From Acidimicrobiia bacterium (GTDB lineage: Bacteria > Actinomycetota > Acidimicrobiia > Spongiisociales > JAENVV01), in NCBI GenBank assembly GCA_041577335.1, contig JBFGJH010000002.1:16389-80388 (forward strand): a stretch of DNA of 64,000 nt, written 5' to 3'. A program made the position numbers and the translations under genes. This document shows, one piece after another, positions 36,159 to 47,116 of the stretch. Each line of letters starts with the position of its first letter. The stretch's first letter is position 1. Below the pieces are notes generated by a model. The model worked only from the letters and a program-made list of their open reading frames with translations. It had not been told where the DNA came from and made no database searches.

Positions 36159-36629
36159 CTAGCGATTCGAGGCTTCATTCAAGGCAGCGGCGGCCCGAAC
36201 GAGACTTCTGAAAGCGTCTTCGTCGATGTCGTCGCCTTCGAAGAAGTCGATGGCCCGCCGGGTGTTGCCCTCGAGGCTCGAATTGAAGATACCGGTCGGG
36301 TCGTCCACAGAGGCACCCCTGGCGAAGGTCAGCTTCACCTTGTCTTTGTAGGTCTCGCCGGTACAGACGATCCCGTCATGCGACCAGACAGGGACACCCA
36401 AGGGGTTCGACGGCTTTCTCCATTTCACCTCCTCGACCACGTCGGGGTCGGCTTCTTTGATCGCGGCGCGCAGCCGAGCGAGCATCGCGCCTCGCCAGTC
36501 GCCCAGGCCGTCGATGTGGGCGTCGATCAGCTCTGAGGGAGATCTCGCTTCACCGGGTTGGCTCGTTGTCACGTCGTCTCCTCTGACCGGCGGCAGGCTC
36601 GTCTCGTGCGGCTGCCGTGCCCAGCGCAT
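36159..36629 (-). CDS. DUF1801 (YdhG-like) domain protein
   Basis: The C-terminal region GIVCTGETYKDKVKLTFARGASVDDPTGIFNSSLEGNTRRAIDF is typical of the family. The start is uncertain. Confidence 0.5.
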   Translation of the reverse strand: MRWARQPHETSLPPVRGDDVTTSQPGEARSPSELIDAHIDGLGDWRGAMLARLRAAIKEADPDVVEEVKWRKPSNPLGVPVWSHDGIVCTGETYKDKVKLTFARGASVDDPTGIFNSSLEGNTRRAIDFFEGDDIDEDAFRSLVRAAAALNEASNR

Positions 36630-36753
36630 AGGACTCTCACTGTTTCCGTCGACAAAAGATACCTCGGCGGGAGGTCTTTGCCCGCCACTCAGATATGCAA
36701 CGGCGTCGGGCGCCAGGAAGACGGAGTCAGTGGCGGGGAACTAGTTTTCCCGA

Positions 36754-39108
36754 ATGCATAGCGCCGACACTCACGACCTGATCCGGGTCACCGGGGCACG
36801 CGAGAACAACCTCAAGGACGTCAGCATCGAGCTCCCCAAACGCCGCCTGACCGTGTTCACCGGCGTCTCAGGATCGGGCAAGAGCTCCCTCGTCTTCGAC
36901 ACCATCGCTGCCGAATCACAGCGACTCATCAACGAGACCTACAGCGCCTTCCTCCAGGGCTTCATGACGACGCTGGCACGACCAGACGTCGACGTCCTCG
37001 AAGGATTGACGACCGCGATCACGGTCGATCAAGAGCAGATGGGTGGCAATCCCCGCTCCACGGTCGGAACCGCCACCGATGCCAACGCCTTGCTGCGCAT
37101 CCTCTTCAGTCGACTCGGCGAGCCGCATATTGGACCTCCGACCGCCTTCGCTTTCAACGTCCCGACCCGCAAGGCGAGCGGGTCCATGACCGTCGACAGG
37201 GGCAAAGGGGAGCGGATCGTGGTGCGCAACGTCGTGTACCACGGCGGTATGTGCCCGCGCTGTGAAGGCATGGGCACGGTCAATGACATCGACCTGACCC
37301 AGCTCTACGACGACTCCAGGTCGCTCGCCGAGGGTGCAATCACCATTCCCGGCTACAAGCCGGGCGGTTGGTCGGTTCGCGAATTCATGGAATCGGGCTT
37401 CCTCGACCCGGACAAACCGATCCGCAAGTACACCAAGAAAGAGCTGCACGACTTCCTCTACAAGAAGCCGGTCAAGATCAAGTTTGCCGGCATCAACAAA
37501 ACCTATGAGGGCCTCATCCCGCGGGTCCAGAAGTCCTTTTTTTCCAAGGACCGGGATTCGCTTCAGCCTCACATCCGGGCGTTCGTCGAGAGAGCCGCCA
37601 CGTTCACCGCCTGCGGGGACTGTGGCGGGACCCGGCTCAGCGAAGCGGCCAGGTCGTCCAAGATCGAGGGCATCAACATCGCCGAGGCCTGCTCGATGCA
37701 AATCGGCGACCTGGCCGTGTGGGTGGGCAAACTGAAGGAGCCGTCGGTGGCGCCGCTGCTGGCGGCTTTGGGACACACCCTCGAATCGTTCGACGAGATC
37801 GGGCTGGGCTACCTCTCGCTCGACCGGCCGGCCGGCACGCTGTCAGGCGGTGAAGCGCAACGCACAAAGATGATCCGCCACCTCGGGTCTTCACTCACCG
37901 ACGTCACCTACGTATTCGATGAGCCCACCATCGGCTTGCACCCCCACGATATTCAGCGGATGAACGAGCTGCTGATACAGCTGCGAGACAAGGGAAACAC
38001 GGTGCTGGTCGTGGAGCACAAACCAGAGACGATCGCCATCGCCGACCACATCGTCGATCTCGGCCCTGGCGCCGGGACAGCCGGCGGCACCATCTGCTTC
38101 GAGGGCACCCTCAACGAGCTGCGTGCCAGCAACACCGTCACCGGCCACCATCTCGACCACCGGGCTGCCCTCAAGGAGACGGTGCGGGCCCCTGCCGGGG
38201 TGCTGGAGGTGCGCGGTGCCGACCTGCACAACCTCCAGGACGTCGACGTCGACATCCCTCTCGGCGTGTTGGCGGTGGTGACCGGCGTGGCCGGGTCAGG
38301 AAAGAGCTCACTCGTTCACGGCTCGGTGTCGGGTCGGGACGGGGTGGTGGCGTTCGACCAAACCCCCATTCGTGGCTCACGACGGAGCAACCCGGCAACG
38401 TATACCGGACTCCTCGACCCGATCCGCAAAGCCTTCGCCAAGGCCAACGGCGTGAAGCCGGCCCTCTTCAGCGCCAACTCTGAGGGCGCCTGTCCCACCT
38501 GCAATGGCGCAGGCGTCATCTACACCGAACTCGGCTTCATGGAAACCGTCGCCACCACGTGCGAGGACTGCGAGGGGAAGCGGTTCGACGCATCGGTTCT
38601 CGAGTTTCACCTGGCCGGCCGAGACATCAGCGAGGTGCTGGCGATGTCGGCAACCGAGGCCGAGGAGTTTTTTGAGGACGGCGAGGCGCGAACGCCCGCT
38701 GCCCACAAGATCCTCGCCCGCCTCGTCGACGTCGGACTGGGCTACCTCAGCCTTGGCCAGCCACTTCCCACGCTGTCGGGTGGCGAGCGGCAACGGCTGA
38801 AGCTGGCCATCGAAATGGCCGAGCAAGGGCGGATCTACGTGCTCGATGAGCCAACCACCGGCCTCCACCTCGCCGATGTCGACCATCTGCTCAGTCTCCT
38901 CGACCGGCTGGTCGACTCGGGCAAGTCGGTCATCGCGATCTCGCACCACCAGGCGGTGATGGCCCACGCCGACTGGATCATCGACCTGGGCCCCGGCGCC
39001 GGCCACGACGGTGGCCAGGTCGTGTTCGAGGGCATCCCGGCCGACCTGGTTGCCGCTGTTTCGACCCTCACCGGTCAGCATCTCGCCGACTATGTGGGTT
39101 CGCCCTAG
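36754..39108 (+). CDS. UvrA-like ABC ATPase, short (class II) paralogue of excinuclease subunit A
   Basis: It has two ABC modules with Walker A GVSGSGKSSL and GVAGSGKSSL and signature motifs. The zinc-finger modules are CPRCEGMG and CPTCNGAG. At 784 aa it is shorter than canonical UvrA. Confidence 0.85.
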   Translation: MHSADTHDLIRVTGARENNLKDVSIELPKRRLTVFTGVSGSGKSSLVFDTIAAESQRLINETYSAFLQGFMTTLARPDVDVLEGLTTAITVDQEQMGGNPRSTVGTATDANALLRILFSRLGEPHIGPPTAFAFNVPTRKASGSMTVDRGKGERIVVRNVVYHGGMCPRCEGMGTVNDIDLTQLYDDSRSLAEGAITIPGYKPGGWSVREFMESGFLDPDKPIRKYTKKELHDFLYKKPVKIKFAGINKTYEGLIPRVQKSFFSKDRDSLQPHIRAFVERAATFTACGDCGGTRLSEAARSSKIEGINIAEACSMQIGDLAVWVGKLKEPSVAPLLAALGHTLESFDEIGLGYLSLDRPAGTLSGGEAQRTKMIRHLGSSLTDVTYVFDEPTIGLHPHDIQRMNELLIQLRDKGNTVLVVEHKPETIAIADHIVDLGPGAGTAGGTICFEGTLNELRASNTVTGHHLDHRAALKETVRAPAGVLEVRGADLHNLQDVDVDIPLGVLAVVTGVAGSGKSSLVHGSVSGRDGVVAFDQTPIRGSRRSNPATYTGLLDPIRKAFAKANGVKPALFSANSEGACPTCNGAGVIYTELGFMETVATTCEDCEGKRFDASVLEFHLAGRDISEVLAMSATEAEEFFEDGEARTPAAHKILARLVDVGLGYLSLGQPLPTLSGGERQRLKLAIEMAEQGRIYVLDEPTTGLHLADVDHLLSLLDRLVDSGKSVIAISHHQAVMAHADWIIDLGPGAGHDGGQVVFEGIPADLVAAVSTLTGQHLADYVGSP

Positions 39109-39136
39109 AGGCTGCGCCCAGGTCGACGGTGAGATT

Positions 39137-39717
39137 TCAAGCGACAGGGCCTGCTGAAGCGAGCGCTCTCGAGGGAACGTCGCGGAGTGTCAGCAGCGCT
39201 TCTTCGAGCTGGGCTTGGAGATCGGGGTTCGACAGTCGGCCTTCCGCTGTGTCGAAGTTCTGGCCAAAGCTGGGCACCGACATGCTCGCCTTGACCTCGG
39301 TGCCGTAAAAGGGAGCGGAGCCGAGGGCGGTTGCCAGAACGCTGCGGCCGCCGCCGGGACCCATCGACGCCGAGAGCATGACGCTCGGGGTGTCTTGGAA
39401 GACCCGGCTGTCGATTCGGGATGCCCAGTCGTACAGGTTCTTGTAGGCGGCGGTGTAGGAGCCGTTGTGCTCGGCGAAGCTGATGAGGAGGGCGTCGGCT
39501 TCTGTGATCTTGTCGAAGAACCGCTGAGCATTGGCCGGAATGCCGAGTTCGCTCTCGCGGTCGACGCTGTAGAGCGGCAACTCGTAGTCGTTGAGATCGA
39601 TCAGCTCCACTCGCGCGTCGGGAATCAGGCCATCCTCGATGGTTCGAGCTGCGTGCGCAGCGAGGGCTTTGTTGATCGAGGACCGGCTCGTCGTCGCTGC
39701 AAAAGCGAGGATGTTCA
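39137..39717 (-). CDS. NAD(P)H-dependent FMN reductase
   Basis: MNILAFAATTSRSSINKALA...ISFAEHNGSYTAAYKNLYDW is a flavodoxin-like FMN reductase pattern. I chose the start at the ATG 39717. The upstream part of the six-frame ORF overlaps the next gene. Confidence 0.75.
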
Positions 39718-39834
39718 TGTGAGTTCCCTTATCTCGGTGTGATCTTTCACCATGAATACGGCGCCGTGGCCCAATTGGACGACCCGCCTCGGTGTACGAA
39801 CCGCCGGCTCTGCACGTGGCGACCCCTGGCGAGT

Positions 39835-40720
39835 TCATGAGGGCGGCCGGCGCGGGAGACGCAGCAGCAACGCCGGAGTGGCTTGGGTGTACGCCTGGAA
39901 CGCTGGGTCGCCGCCCCAGCGTTCCACGGCGCGGGCTTCGAGCATCGGGATTCCGCTTATGCGGGTGAGCAACACAAAGACGAACAACGGGGAGATCAGG
40001 GTGACCCACCGCCAGCCCGACAGCACCGGAATGGCGATGATGGCGATACCGGCCCAGAGGGTGATCTCGCCGAAGTAGTTGGGGTGGCGGGACCACGCCC
40101 ACAGGCCCGATGTGATGAAGCGGTCTTTGTTGGAAGGCTTCTTCTTGAACGATGATTTCTGCCGGTCGGCGATCACCTCGATGGTGAACCCGCCGAGCCA
40201 GATGACCGCCCCGATCGCTGCCGGAAAACCGATCGCACGTCGATCGGTGCCGGTGATGACGGCCAGCGCACACGCCAACGTGAGGAACACCCACAGGCCC
40301 TGCACCGTCCAGGCCATGAGGAACCGCAGTGGGTCCATCTTGATCTCGTCGAACCGTCGATCAGCTCCCTCTCGGGTGATGCGTCGGAAGAGGAACGAAC
40401 CCAGCCGCAATGCCCACACCACCACCATGAGCGCCACGATCGCAGCCCGAGCGTCGAGGTCGCCGCTGAACACCACTGCCGTGGCGATCACGACGACATA
40501 GGTGATGCTGCCCGTGAGGTCGTAATAGCGCTCGGTCTTCAGCAGGTTGGAGGGCACGAACGCCACCCAGTTGATGACGTAGGCGAGCAGACCACAAAGG
40601 GCGAACACGGCGATCCCTCCCAGCTGGGCACTCCCGTCGCTCCCAGCAAAGGCGACAAGTGAGCCGACCAGCAGGCTGCCGGCGATTCCTGCCAGCGCGG
40701 TGCGTCTCTGCGGTGTCATG
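39835..40720 (-). CDS. DUF1295 / steroid 5-alpha-reductase-ICMT-like membrane protein
   Basis: It is a multi-TM protein with GLWAWSRHPNYFGEITLW, the HPNYFGE motif of that superfamily. Confidence 0.7.
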
Positions 40721-40904
40721 GCGAGAACCCTAGGGCACACGCTTCGCGTCAATCGGCGCTCCGCTTTTCCGACGGGCACTCCCTCCCCATCTCCCGGAGA
40801 TCTGGCACGCGGATCAGCGAGGCTTCAGACGTGCTGGGTGAGCGAAGCCGGCAGACGGTTCCAATCAATGGCCGGGTTGCCCGAGATGCTTCTAGTGTTG
40901 GTTC

Positions 40905-41507
40905 ATGAATGAGCCGACGTTCGACACATTGGAGCTTCGTTGGTTTGTGCCAGGCATGTTGCCGGAGGAATTGGTCGATTGGTTCTCTGGCGATGGCACG
41001 ATGGGGGTCGTCGAACATCGCGTCGACACCTACTGGCATGTTGATCGAGATGACCTCGGACTCAAGCGGCGCGATCGGGGAGTCTGGGAGATGAAGCTGC
41101 TTCGCGATTGGCACATCGAAGCGCTACCGACCGGACGGACTGCCCGCGTCGAGCAGTGGAGCAAATGGATGCCCGCTCAAGGAGGTGCGAAAGCTCCCGG
41201 CGCACACGTCGAGATCGACAAAACCATCATTACGAGGACGTTCGGGCCGGAAGGCGAAGTAGCGGCCGGTCCTGTGGACGGCTCATTGCCTCGAACGGAG
41301 GTGGAGCTGGCGGCGATACTGGCCGATGATGAGCCCTGGTGGACTCTCGCCTTCGAGGCCAGCGGACCGGAGGCGCTTCGCCCGACAGGCCTCGCGAGCG
41401 CGGTGGACACGATGTTCTCTCCCCGCCTCAGCGATCTCGTGGACGACGTGTGGAATCTCGGTTACCCGGCCTGGCTCATCGCCATCAGGCACCCTGAACA
41501 CGTCTGA
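40905..41507 (+). CDS. Hypothetical protein (possibly CYTH-like)
   Basis: There is an N-terminal ExE-like strand (TLELRWFV) and a C-terminal VELAAIL. The similarity is weak. Confidence 0.3.
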   Translation: MNEPTFDTLELRWFVPGMLPEELVDWFSGDGTMGVVEHRVDTYWHVDRDDLGLKRRDRGVWEMKLLRDWHIEALPTGRTARVEQWSKWMPAQGGAKAPGAHVEIDKTIITRTFGPEGEVAAGPVDGSLPRTEVELAAILADDEPWWTLAFEASGPEALRPTGLASAVDTMFSPRLSDLVDDVWNLGYPAWLIAIRHPEHV

Positions 41508-41670
41508 GAGACACGCCGGAACCGTTCCTCGCTGCCGTGGCGAAGGCATTCTGCAGCAGCCTGTGTCCGTGGTCGATCGAGAGGCGCTCGGCCATGATCC
41601 CCGACTGACGATGGCAGCCAGCACGAAGGCCGTGCCGACGAACTCGGCGCGGGGCGCCTCGACAGCAGCA

Positions 41671-42102
41671 TCAGTGGTCCACAACATCGAGGCTGTCGAG
41701 CAGGCCACGAACTCGTTGCCCGATCTCGTCGCGCACCTCCCGGACCACACCAATGTCCTGCCCGGCGGGGTCGGCCAGTTCCCAATCTTCGTACTGCTTA
41801 CCCGGGTACACGGGGCACACATCGCCGCACCCCATCGTCACCACAACGTCGGCCGCGCGGACGGCATCCTCGGTCCACGGCCTTGGGGTCTCATTGGCGA
41901 TGTCGATTCCGACCTCGGCCATGGCTTCTACTGCCACCTGGTTCACGCCACCAGCCGGCTCCGATCCCCCGGAGAAGACCGCGACGGTTTCTCCGGCGAG
42001 ATGACGAAGCCATCCGGCCGCCATCTGCGAGCGCCCGGCGTTGTGGACGCACACAAACAGCACGGCAGGTCGTTCGTCAGACGCCCGATGATTCGCATTC
42101 AT
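41671..42102 (-). CDS. arsC: Arsenate reductase, thioredoxin-coupled LMW-PTP type (ArsC)
   Basis: It has the CX5R P-loop CVHNAGRSQMA and the downstream Cys pair in MGCGDVCPV. Confidence 0.75.
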   Translation of the reverse strand: MNANHRASDERPAVLFVCVHNAGRSQMAAGWLRHLAGETVAVFSGGSEPAGGVNQVAVEAMAEVGIDIANETPRPWTEDAVRAADVVVTMGCGDVCPVYPGKQYEDWELADPAGQDIGVVREVRDEIGQRVRGLLDSLDVVDH

Positions 42103-42272
42103 CGGACGATCATAAGGCCCCTTGGGTTATCGGTCGGTGCTTTCGAATGAACCTTTCTGCTTGCGATACACGGGGCACCGTCCGGCCGGCCCTCGATGGA
42201 TCTTCTGGTCGCGTCGGGCTACGAAAGCATGGCAGTGGGGCCCGGGTCGGGCCCCACTACAGATCGGGCCCA

Positions 42273-43748
42273 CTACGGCCGGGTGACTCCGGCGGCGGCT
42301 ACGGCGTTGATGTCGGCTTCGAAAATCGAACCATTGTCGTCGCTGAAGTAGTCCGTGCTGGTTGCGGGCAAGTCGAATGCCCTGACAGTCCACGCGGCGA
42401 GCTGCCCGCGAGTGAGAATGCCGGTCGGGCAGAACTTGGTGCCCCCATCGCACGCGCCCGCGATACCGGCTGTTGCCAAACGGTTGATGTCGGCTTCGAA
42501 GATCGATCCGGCGTCGTCACTGAACCAGTCCTTGCCGCCGTCGCCGGTCAGGGCCAACGCCCGGCTGAACCAAGCGGCTGCCATCGCTCGTGACGCCAAC
42601 TGGTCGGGGCACGCCAAGGTGTTGTCAGGTGGATTGCAGCCCACGATGATTCCGGCGGCGGCGAGGCGGTTGAGGTCCTCTTCGAAAACGGAACCGTCAT
42701 CGTCGGTGAACCAGTCTTTGCCGCCGGTGTCTTTCAGGCCCGCCGCCCGGGAGATGAACGCCGCCACCGCCCCCCGGCTGACGCCGAGGCCCGGGCAGTA
42801 GGTGGCGCTGTCGGGACGGCATGCAGTTGCGACCGGCGCCGGCTGGAGCTCGAGGTAGGCAGCGCTCACCCAGCCGAGAGTTCCGCCAATCAGCTCGACC
42901 TGCCGCCACACACCCCCACTCACCTCGGCGCGCTTGCCCGTTGTCACGAGGTCGGTGGCATCGAAAGCCAACGTGGCGATCACGTCGGTGTGGATGCCGG
43001 GTCCCTTACGGACGTTGACACTGCCGCTGCTGAGCCCGGTCACCTGGTAGGTGGCCGGTGTGTCATCGGACAAGTAGACGACCTCAGGTGTGAGGTAGGA
43101 CCCATTGACCCAGCCTGTGCTGTCAGCGGTCAGTTGGATTTCGACCCACACTGCACCTTGCACCTCGGCCCGATGGCCGGTCGACCGTACAGTGGCTCCG
43201 TTCGTCAAGGTCGAGATGACGGCGTGGTCCACGCCCGCATGTGAGCGAACGTTGAGGCTGCCGCCACTCACCACGAAATTGGCCGGCTTGGCACTGTCCA
43301 ATGTGGTGATCTGATGCACCAACACCTGCGCATCGATCCAAGCCTCGGCGCCACCAACAAGCTCGATCTCGAAGTAGATCTTGCCCTTTACGGAGGCTCT
43401 TCTACCTGTGGTTTCGATATTGCGGCTCTCGGAATCCAACAGCGTCTGCCGCGAACTCGAATCACCCGGAATCTCTGTCACCGTGACATGCTCCGTCGAG
43501 ACACCAAAGATTTGATAGACGGCGGGTGCCATGTCGGACAGGTACGACACAAGCACCTGTGGCACCGTGGCCGGGGGCGCTGTGACGGGTGGAGTCGTCT
43601 GAGCCGTCGGAAGGGTTGTGGTGGTTGACGCTTCCGATGGGAGCGTTGCGGGAGGAAAGGGCCCGGGCGGCTGTAGGCCACCGGCCTGACAAGCTGCGGC
43701 AATCATGGCGATCACAATCGCAGCCAAGAGATACTTCATAGAGCGCAT
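42273..43748 (-). CDS. Lipoprotein with three SH3b-like repeats and three C-terminal SLH domains
   Basis: It has a lipobox (IAAACQ), a Thr/Pro-rich linker and three repeats of about 70 aa of the type SGGSLNVRSHAG...GWVNGSYL. Three SLH-like repeats follow (DWFTDDDGSVFEEDLNRLAAAGI..GC..). Confidence 0.7.
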   Translation of the reverse strand: MRSMKYLLAAIVIAMIAAACQAGGLQPPGPFPPATLPSEASTTTTLPTAQTTPPVTAPPATVPQVLVSYLSDMAPAVYQIFGVSTEHVTVTEIPGDSSSRQTLLDSESRNIETTGRRASVKGKIYFEIELVGGAEAWIDAQVLVHQITTLDSAKPANFVVSGGSLNVRSHAGVDHAVISTLTNGATVRSTGHRAEVQGAVWVEIQLTADSTGWVNGSYLTPEVVYLSDDTPATYQVTGLSSGSVNVRKGPGIHTDVIATLAFDATDLVTTGKRAEVSGGVWRQVELIGGTLGWVSAAYLELQPAPVATACRPDSATYCPGLGVSRGAVAAFISRAAGLKDTGGKDWFTDDDGSVFEEDLNRLAAAGIIVGCNPPDNTLACPDQLASRAMAAAWFSRALALTGDGGKDWFSDDAGSIFEADINRLATAGIAGACDGGTKFCPTGILTRGQLAAWTVRAFDLPATSTDYFSDDNGSIFEADINAVAAAGVTRP

Positions 43749-44172
43749 TCGTGCGTCTCCTTCTTGCAGGGTGCCTTCATGGCACCAACGTGAGGTTTGC
43801 GTCTCGCAGCCGGAGTGAGCTCTTACCGGTGTCCGTCAGCTTTCGAGTTGCGCATGTGACGTGCATAGGGGCGCCTCAGTTCCCGTGTCTTGGACCCTTT
43901 TGAACGCCCGCATGGGTAGTGGTGGCCGGGCGTGGTTCGGCAATTTCCGGAGCGTCATCGACCAGCCTCGAGGCCAGGGCCCGAAAGCCTCGACAGGCAA
44001 TGCCATGACAGAGAAATGGGATGGCACGCAGCCTCGAGGTCATGAGGCCCGTCGGGTCACGGTCGGGCCGGAGCCCGATGTGAATAGGCAGCCGCTCGAA
44101 TGTCGTCCAGCCTGTGAGGGTGTGGCGCCGGCTGGCGTTTTGTTCCGTCGGTGACCAGCTGCGAGCACTAGG

Positions 44173-45297
44173 TTGCTCGTCATGACAAAAGACCGCAGTG
44201 CCAGCTTTGTCGAGTTGTTCTTCGACCTCGTCTTCGTGTTCGGGATCACCCAGGTGGCGGCCTTCATTCACGGGCACCTCGACTGGCCCACGTTGTGGCG
44301 TGCCGCCATCGTGCTCGCCCTTTTGTGGTGGGCTTGGACGCAGTACACCTGGACCGCCGGCAGCGCCGACTTTGACGAGCTGCGGCCGCGCATCGTCATG
44401 TTGTTGGCTACCGCCGGTTCCTTCGTTGTGGCTGCGGCGGTGCAAGGGGCATGGCACGACGATGGTGCGAGGTTCGCTTTGGGCTACTTCGCAGTGATGG
44501 CGCTTGCCGCGGTATTCCTCTTTCTCCGGACCCTGGGGACCGATCGGACCGCCGGCGTCGTCGTCTATCTGTCGCAGATGATGGCGGGGTCGGTTTTGGT
44601 TCTGGTGGGGGGCTTCGTCTCTGTCGACGTTCGTCCCTGGTTCTGGGTTGGGGCGGTCGTGGTCAACATCCTCAGCTCTGTCGCGGTGGAGAGCTACGAG
44701 TTTGATATCGCCGCCGGCCACTTCGCCGAGCGCCACGGGCTTTTCGTGATCATCGTGCTCGGTGAGGCGCTCATCGCCATCGGCGTCGGTGTTGTCGGCC
44801 GGTCCGGGTCGGTCGCATTCTTCGTCGCGGGCACCTCGATGCTGCTCACCGCGCTGGCAATGTGGTGGTCATATTTCGACTGGCTGTTCCAGATCGGCGA
44901 GCGTGCGCTGAAGGCCGCTACGGGTATCGCCAAAGGCCGGTTGGCCCGTGACGCCTACACGCTCAGCCATTATCCAATCGTGGCGGGTGTGATCATGTTT
45001 GCGGTTGGCGCCGAAGAGGTGTTGGCCCATCCCGATGCAGTGATGGACGGCCCAACGCGATGGGCCTTCGTCGGCGGCCTCATTCTGTTCCTCGCCGCAG
45101 AATCAGCAATGGTGGCGCGGTTGACTGGATCGCTGGCTCGGGAGCGCTTCGTTCTCATCGGATCGCTTGGAATCGGTGGCTTGGTTCTGGGCGGCCTGAA
45201 TGCAGCAGCGCTCGCTTCTGTGGTGTTGGTGATGATGGTGGTGGCCCTCGGTGTTGAGACCGCTCGGTACCGTGAACCACTCAGCCAGCTTCGGTAG
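44173..45297 (+). CDS. Low temperature requirement A (LtrA) family membrane protein
   Basis: The N-terminus SFVELFFDLVFVFGITQV is the LtrA signature. There are ten or more TM helices. Confidence 0.75.
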   Translation: MLVMTKDRSASFVELFFDLVFVFGITQVAAFIHGHLDWPTLWRAAIVLALLWWAWTQYTWTAGSADFDELRPRIVMLLATAGSFVVAAAVQGAWHDDGARFALGYFAVMALAAVFLFLRTLGTDRTAGVVVYLSQMMAGSVLVLVGGFVSVDVRPWFWVGAVVVNILSSVAVESYEFDIAAGHFAERHGLFVIIVLGEALIAIGVGVVGRSGSVAFFVAGTSMLLTALAMWWSYFDWLFQIGERALKAATGIAKGRLARDAYTLSHYPIVAGVIMFAVGAEEVLAHPDAVMDGPTRWAFVGGLILFLAAESAMVARLTGSLARERFVLIGSLGIGGLVLGGLNAAALASVVLVMMVVALGVETARYREPLSQLR

Positions 45298-45351
45298 CGT
45301 CGGCCCCGACACCGACCTCGGCGCAGGGCGTTTGTTAGCCTTTCTGCCTAG

Positions 45352-46911
45352 ATGACCTTCGTTCTGGGTCCGGCCTCCACCGGACTGACGCTTCAGCCTG
45401 GGAGCGATGAGGAGCTGGCGCGATTCGAAGAGCTCCAACGGACTTTCCCAGAGATGTATGAGCGCGTCTTTCAGGATCCCAAAGCGGAGCGGACCGTGAT
45501 AGTGATTCCGTCGCTCAGCCTCGATCCGGACGAGCTCGAGAAGATCGCCGGGGTGATCCATTACGAGGAGCGCCTGCTTTGCCTGCTCATGCTGCTGCGG
45601 ATGCCGCGAACTCAGCTGATCTACGTGACCAGCCTGCCGGTCGAGGATGCGGTCATCGATTATTACCTTCATCTCCTCCCTGGCGTGCCCTCGGCCCACG
45701 CCCGGGCGAGGCTGGAGATGATCAGCATCGACGATGCCGCAGTTACCTCGTTGTCCCAGAAGATTCTCGACCGCCCCGACATCCTCGACCGTATTCGCCG
45801 GTCGATACAGCATCCAACGGCCGCTCACTTGTCGTGCTTCAATTCCACCGCAGCCGAGAGGTCTCTGGCGGTCCGACTCGGCGTTCCGATGTACGCAGCC
45901 GATCCGATGTTGTCGCACCTCGGGAGCAAATCGATGAGTCGGAGCCTGATGCGAGATGTGGGCCTGACCGTCCCCGACGGCTTCGAGCAACTCCGGGACC
46001 GGGGAGATGTCGTCGATGCGTTACTGGCCCTCCACCAACAGCACACCGGGTTGGAACATGCCCTGGTGAAACTCGATGAGGGCTTCTCGGGTGAAGGAAA
46101 CGCAGTTCTGAGCCTCTCCGGTGTCGAAGACGCCGTCGACGCTCGCGCTGAGATCAACCGGCGGCTCGACAGCGAACTCAGGTGTGTTGCTCCCGGCGAG
46201 GATTGCCAGTCGTTTCTCGAGAAACTGGCCACCATGGGCGGGGTGGTGGAAGTGATGGTCGAAGGTCCCCGAAAACGATCTCCGTCGGTGCAGATGCGAA
46301 TTGACCCGACCGGTCGTCTGCAGCTTGTTTCGACCCATGATCAGGTGCTGGGTGGGTCCGATGGTCAGGTGTTCGAGGGTTGTACCTTTCCGGCGAGACG
46401 CCCCTACCGGGTCGACCTCCACGAGGCTGGCTTCCTGGTGGGAGCCGAGTTGCGAGACCGGGGCGTCATCGGCCGGTTTGGGATCGATTTCGTCTCGGTG
46501 CAGCACGACGGACAGTGGGTCCACAACGCCATAGAGATCAACCTGCGCAAAGGCGGGACGACCCTGCCGTATCTGATGCTCGAGTTCCTCACCAACGGTA
46601 CGTACGACAGCGAGACCGGGAGATTCCGGACGCCCACCGGTGCCACCAGGGGCTATTACGCCACCGACAACCTCGTCGATCCTCGTTATCTGGGGCTGAC
46701 GCCTGCTGAGCTCATCGACATGGCGGTTGTGAACGACCTGCATTTCGACGCCGCGTCGCAGGAAGGGACTGTGTTTCACCTCCTGGGCGCGGTCACCGAC
46801 TACGGCAAGGTGGGCATGCTGTCGATCGCCAAGAACCGGCGGGCTGCCATCAAACGCCACCAGGGTGCCGTTGCTGCGCTGACCCGGGAGGCGAAGGCAA
46901 GAGCTCGATGA
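45352..46911 (+). CDS. Hypothetical protein, possibly pre-ATP-grasp/ATP-grasp fold
   Basis: It is 519 aa with no clear motif beyond a general resemblance to ATP-grasp ligases (GRFGIDFVSVQHDGQWVHNAIEINLRKGG). Confidence 0.3.
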   Translation: MTFVLGPASTGLTLQPGSDEELARFEELQRTFPEMYERVFQDPKAERTVIVIPSLSLDPDELEKIAGVIHYEERLLCLLMLLRMPRTQLIYVTSLPVEDAVIDYYLHLLPGVPSAHARARLEMISIDDAAVTSLSQKILDRPDILDRIRRSIQHPTAAHLSCFNSTAAERSLAVRLGVPMYAADPMLSHLGSKSMSRSLMRDVGLTVPDGFEQLRDRGDVVDALLALHQQHTGLEHALVKLDEGFSGEGNAVLSLSGVEDAVDARAEINRRLDSELRCVAPGEDCQSFLEKLATMGGVVEVMVEGPRKRSPSVQMRIDPTGRLQLVSTHDQVLGGSDGQVFEGCTFPARRPYRVDLHEAGFLVGAELRDRGVIGRFGIDFVSVQHDGQWVHNAIEINLRKGGTTLPYLMLEFLTNGTYDSETGRFRTPTGATRGYYATDNLVDPRYLGLTPAELIDMAVVNDLHFDAASQEGTVFHLLGAVTDYGKVGMLSIAKNRRAAIKRHQGAVAALTREAKARAR

Positions 46912-47116
46912 CCGAGGCGGCGCCAAGACCTGGTGCCAGGCGACACGTCGTGCTGATAGTTCTGGCCTTCGCGGCGTGGATATACAGATCGACCAGAGAA
47001 TCGCATCTGTCGATTGATGCCTCGCCAGATGCCGGCCCGCACCGACTCTTTGGACGGGTGTGCTGTACGACTCGGCCTCGTGCTCGACGGTAGTCTGGAC
47101 GGATAGTGGGCATGGG

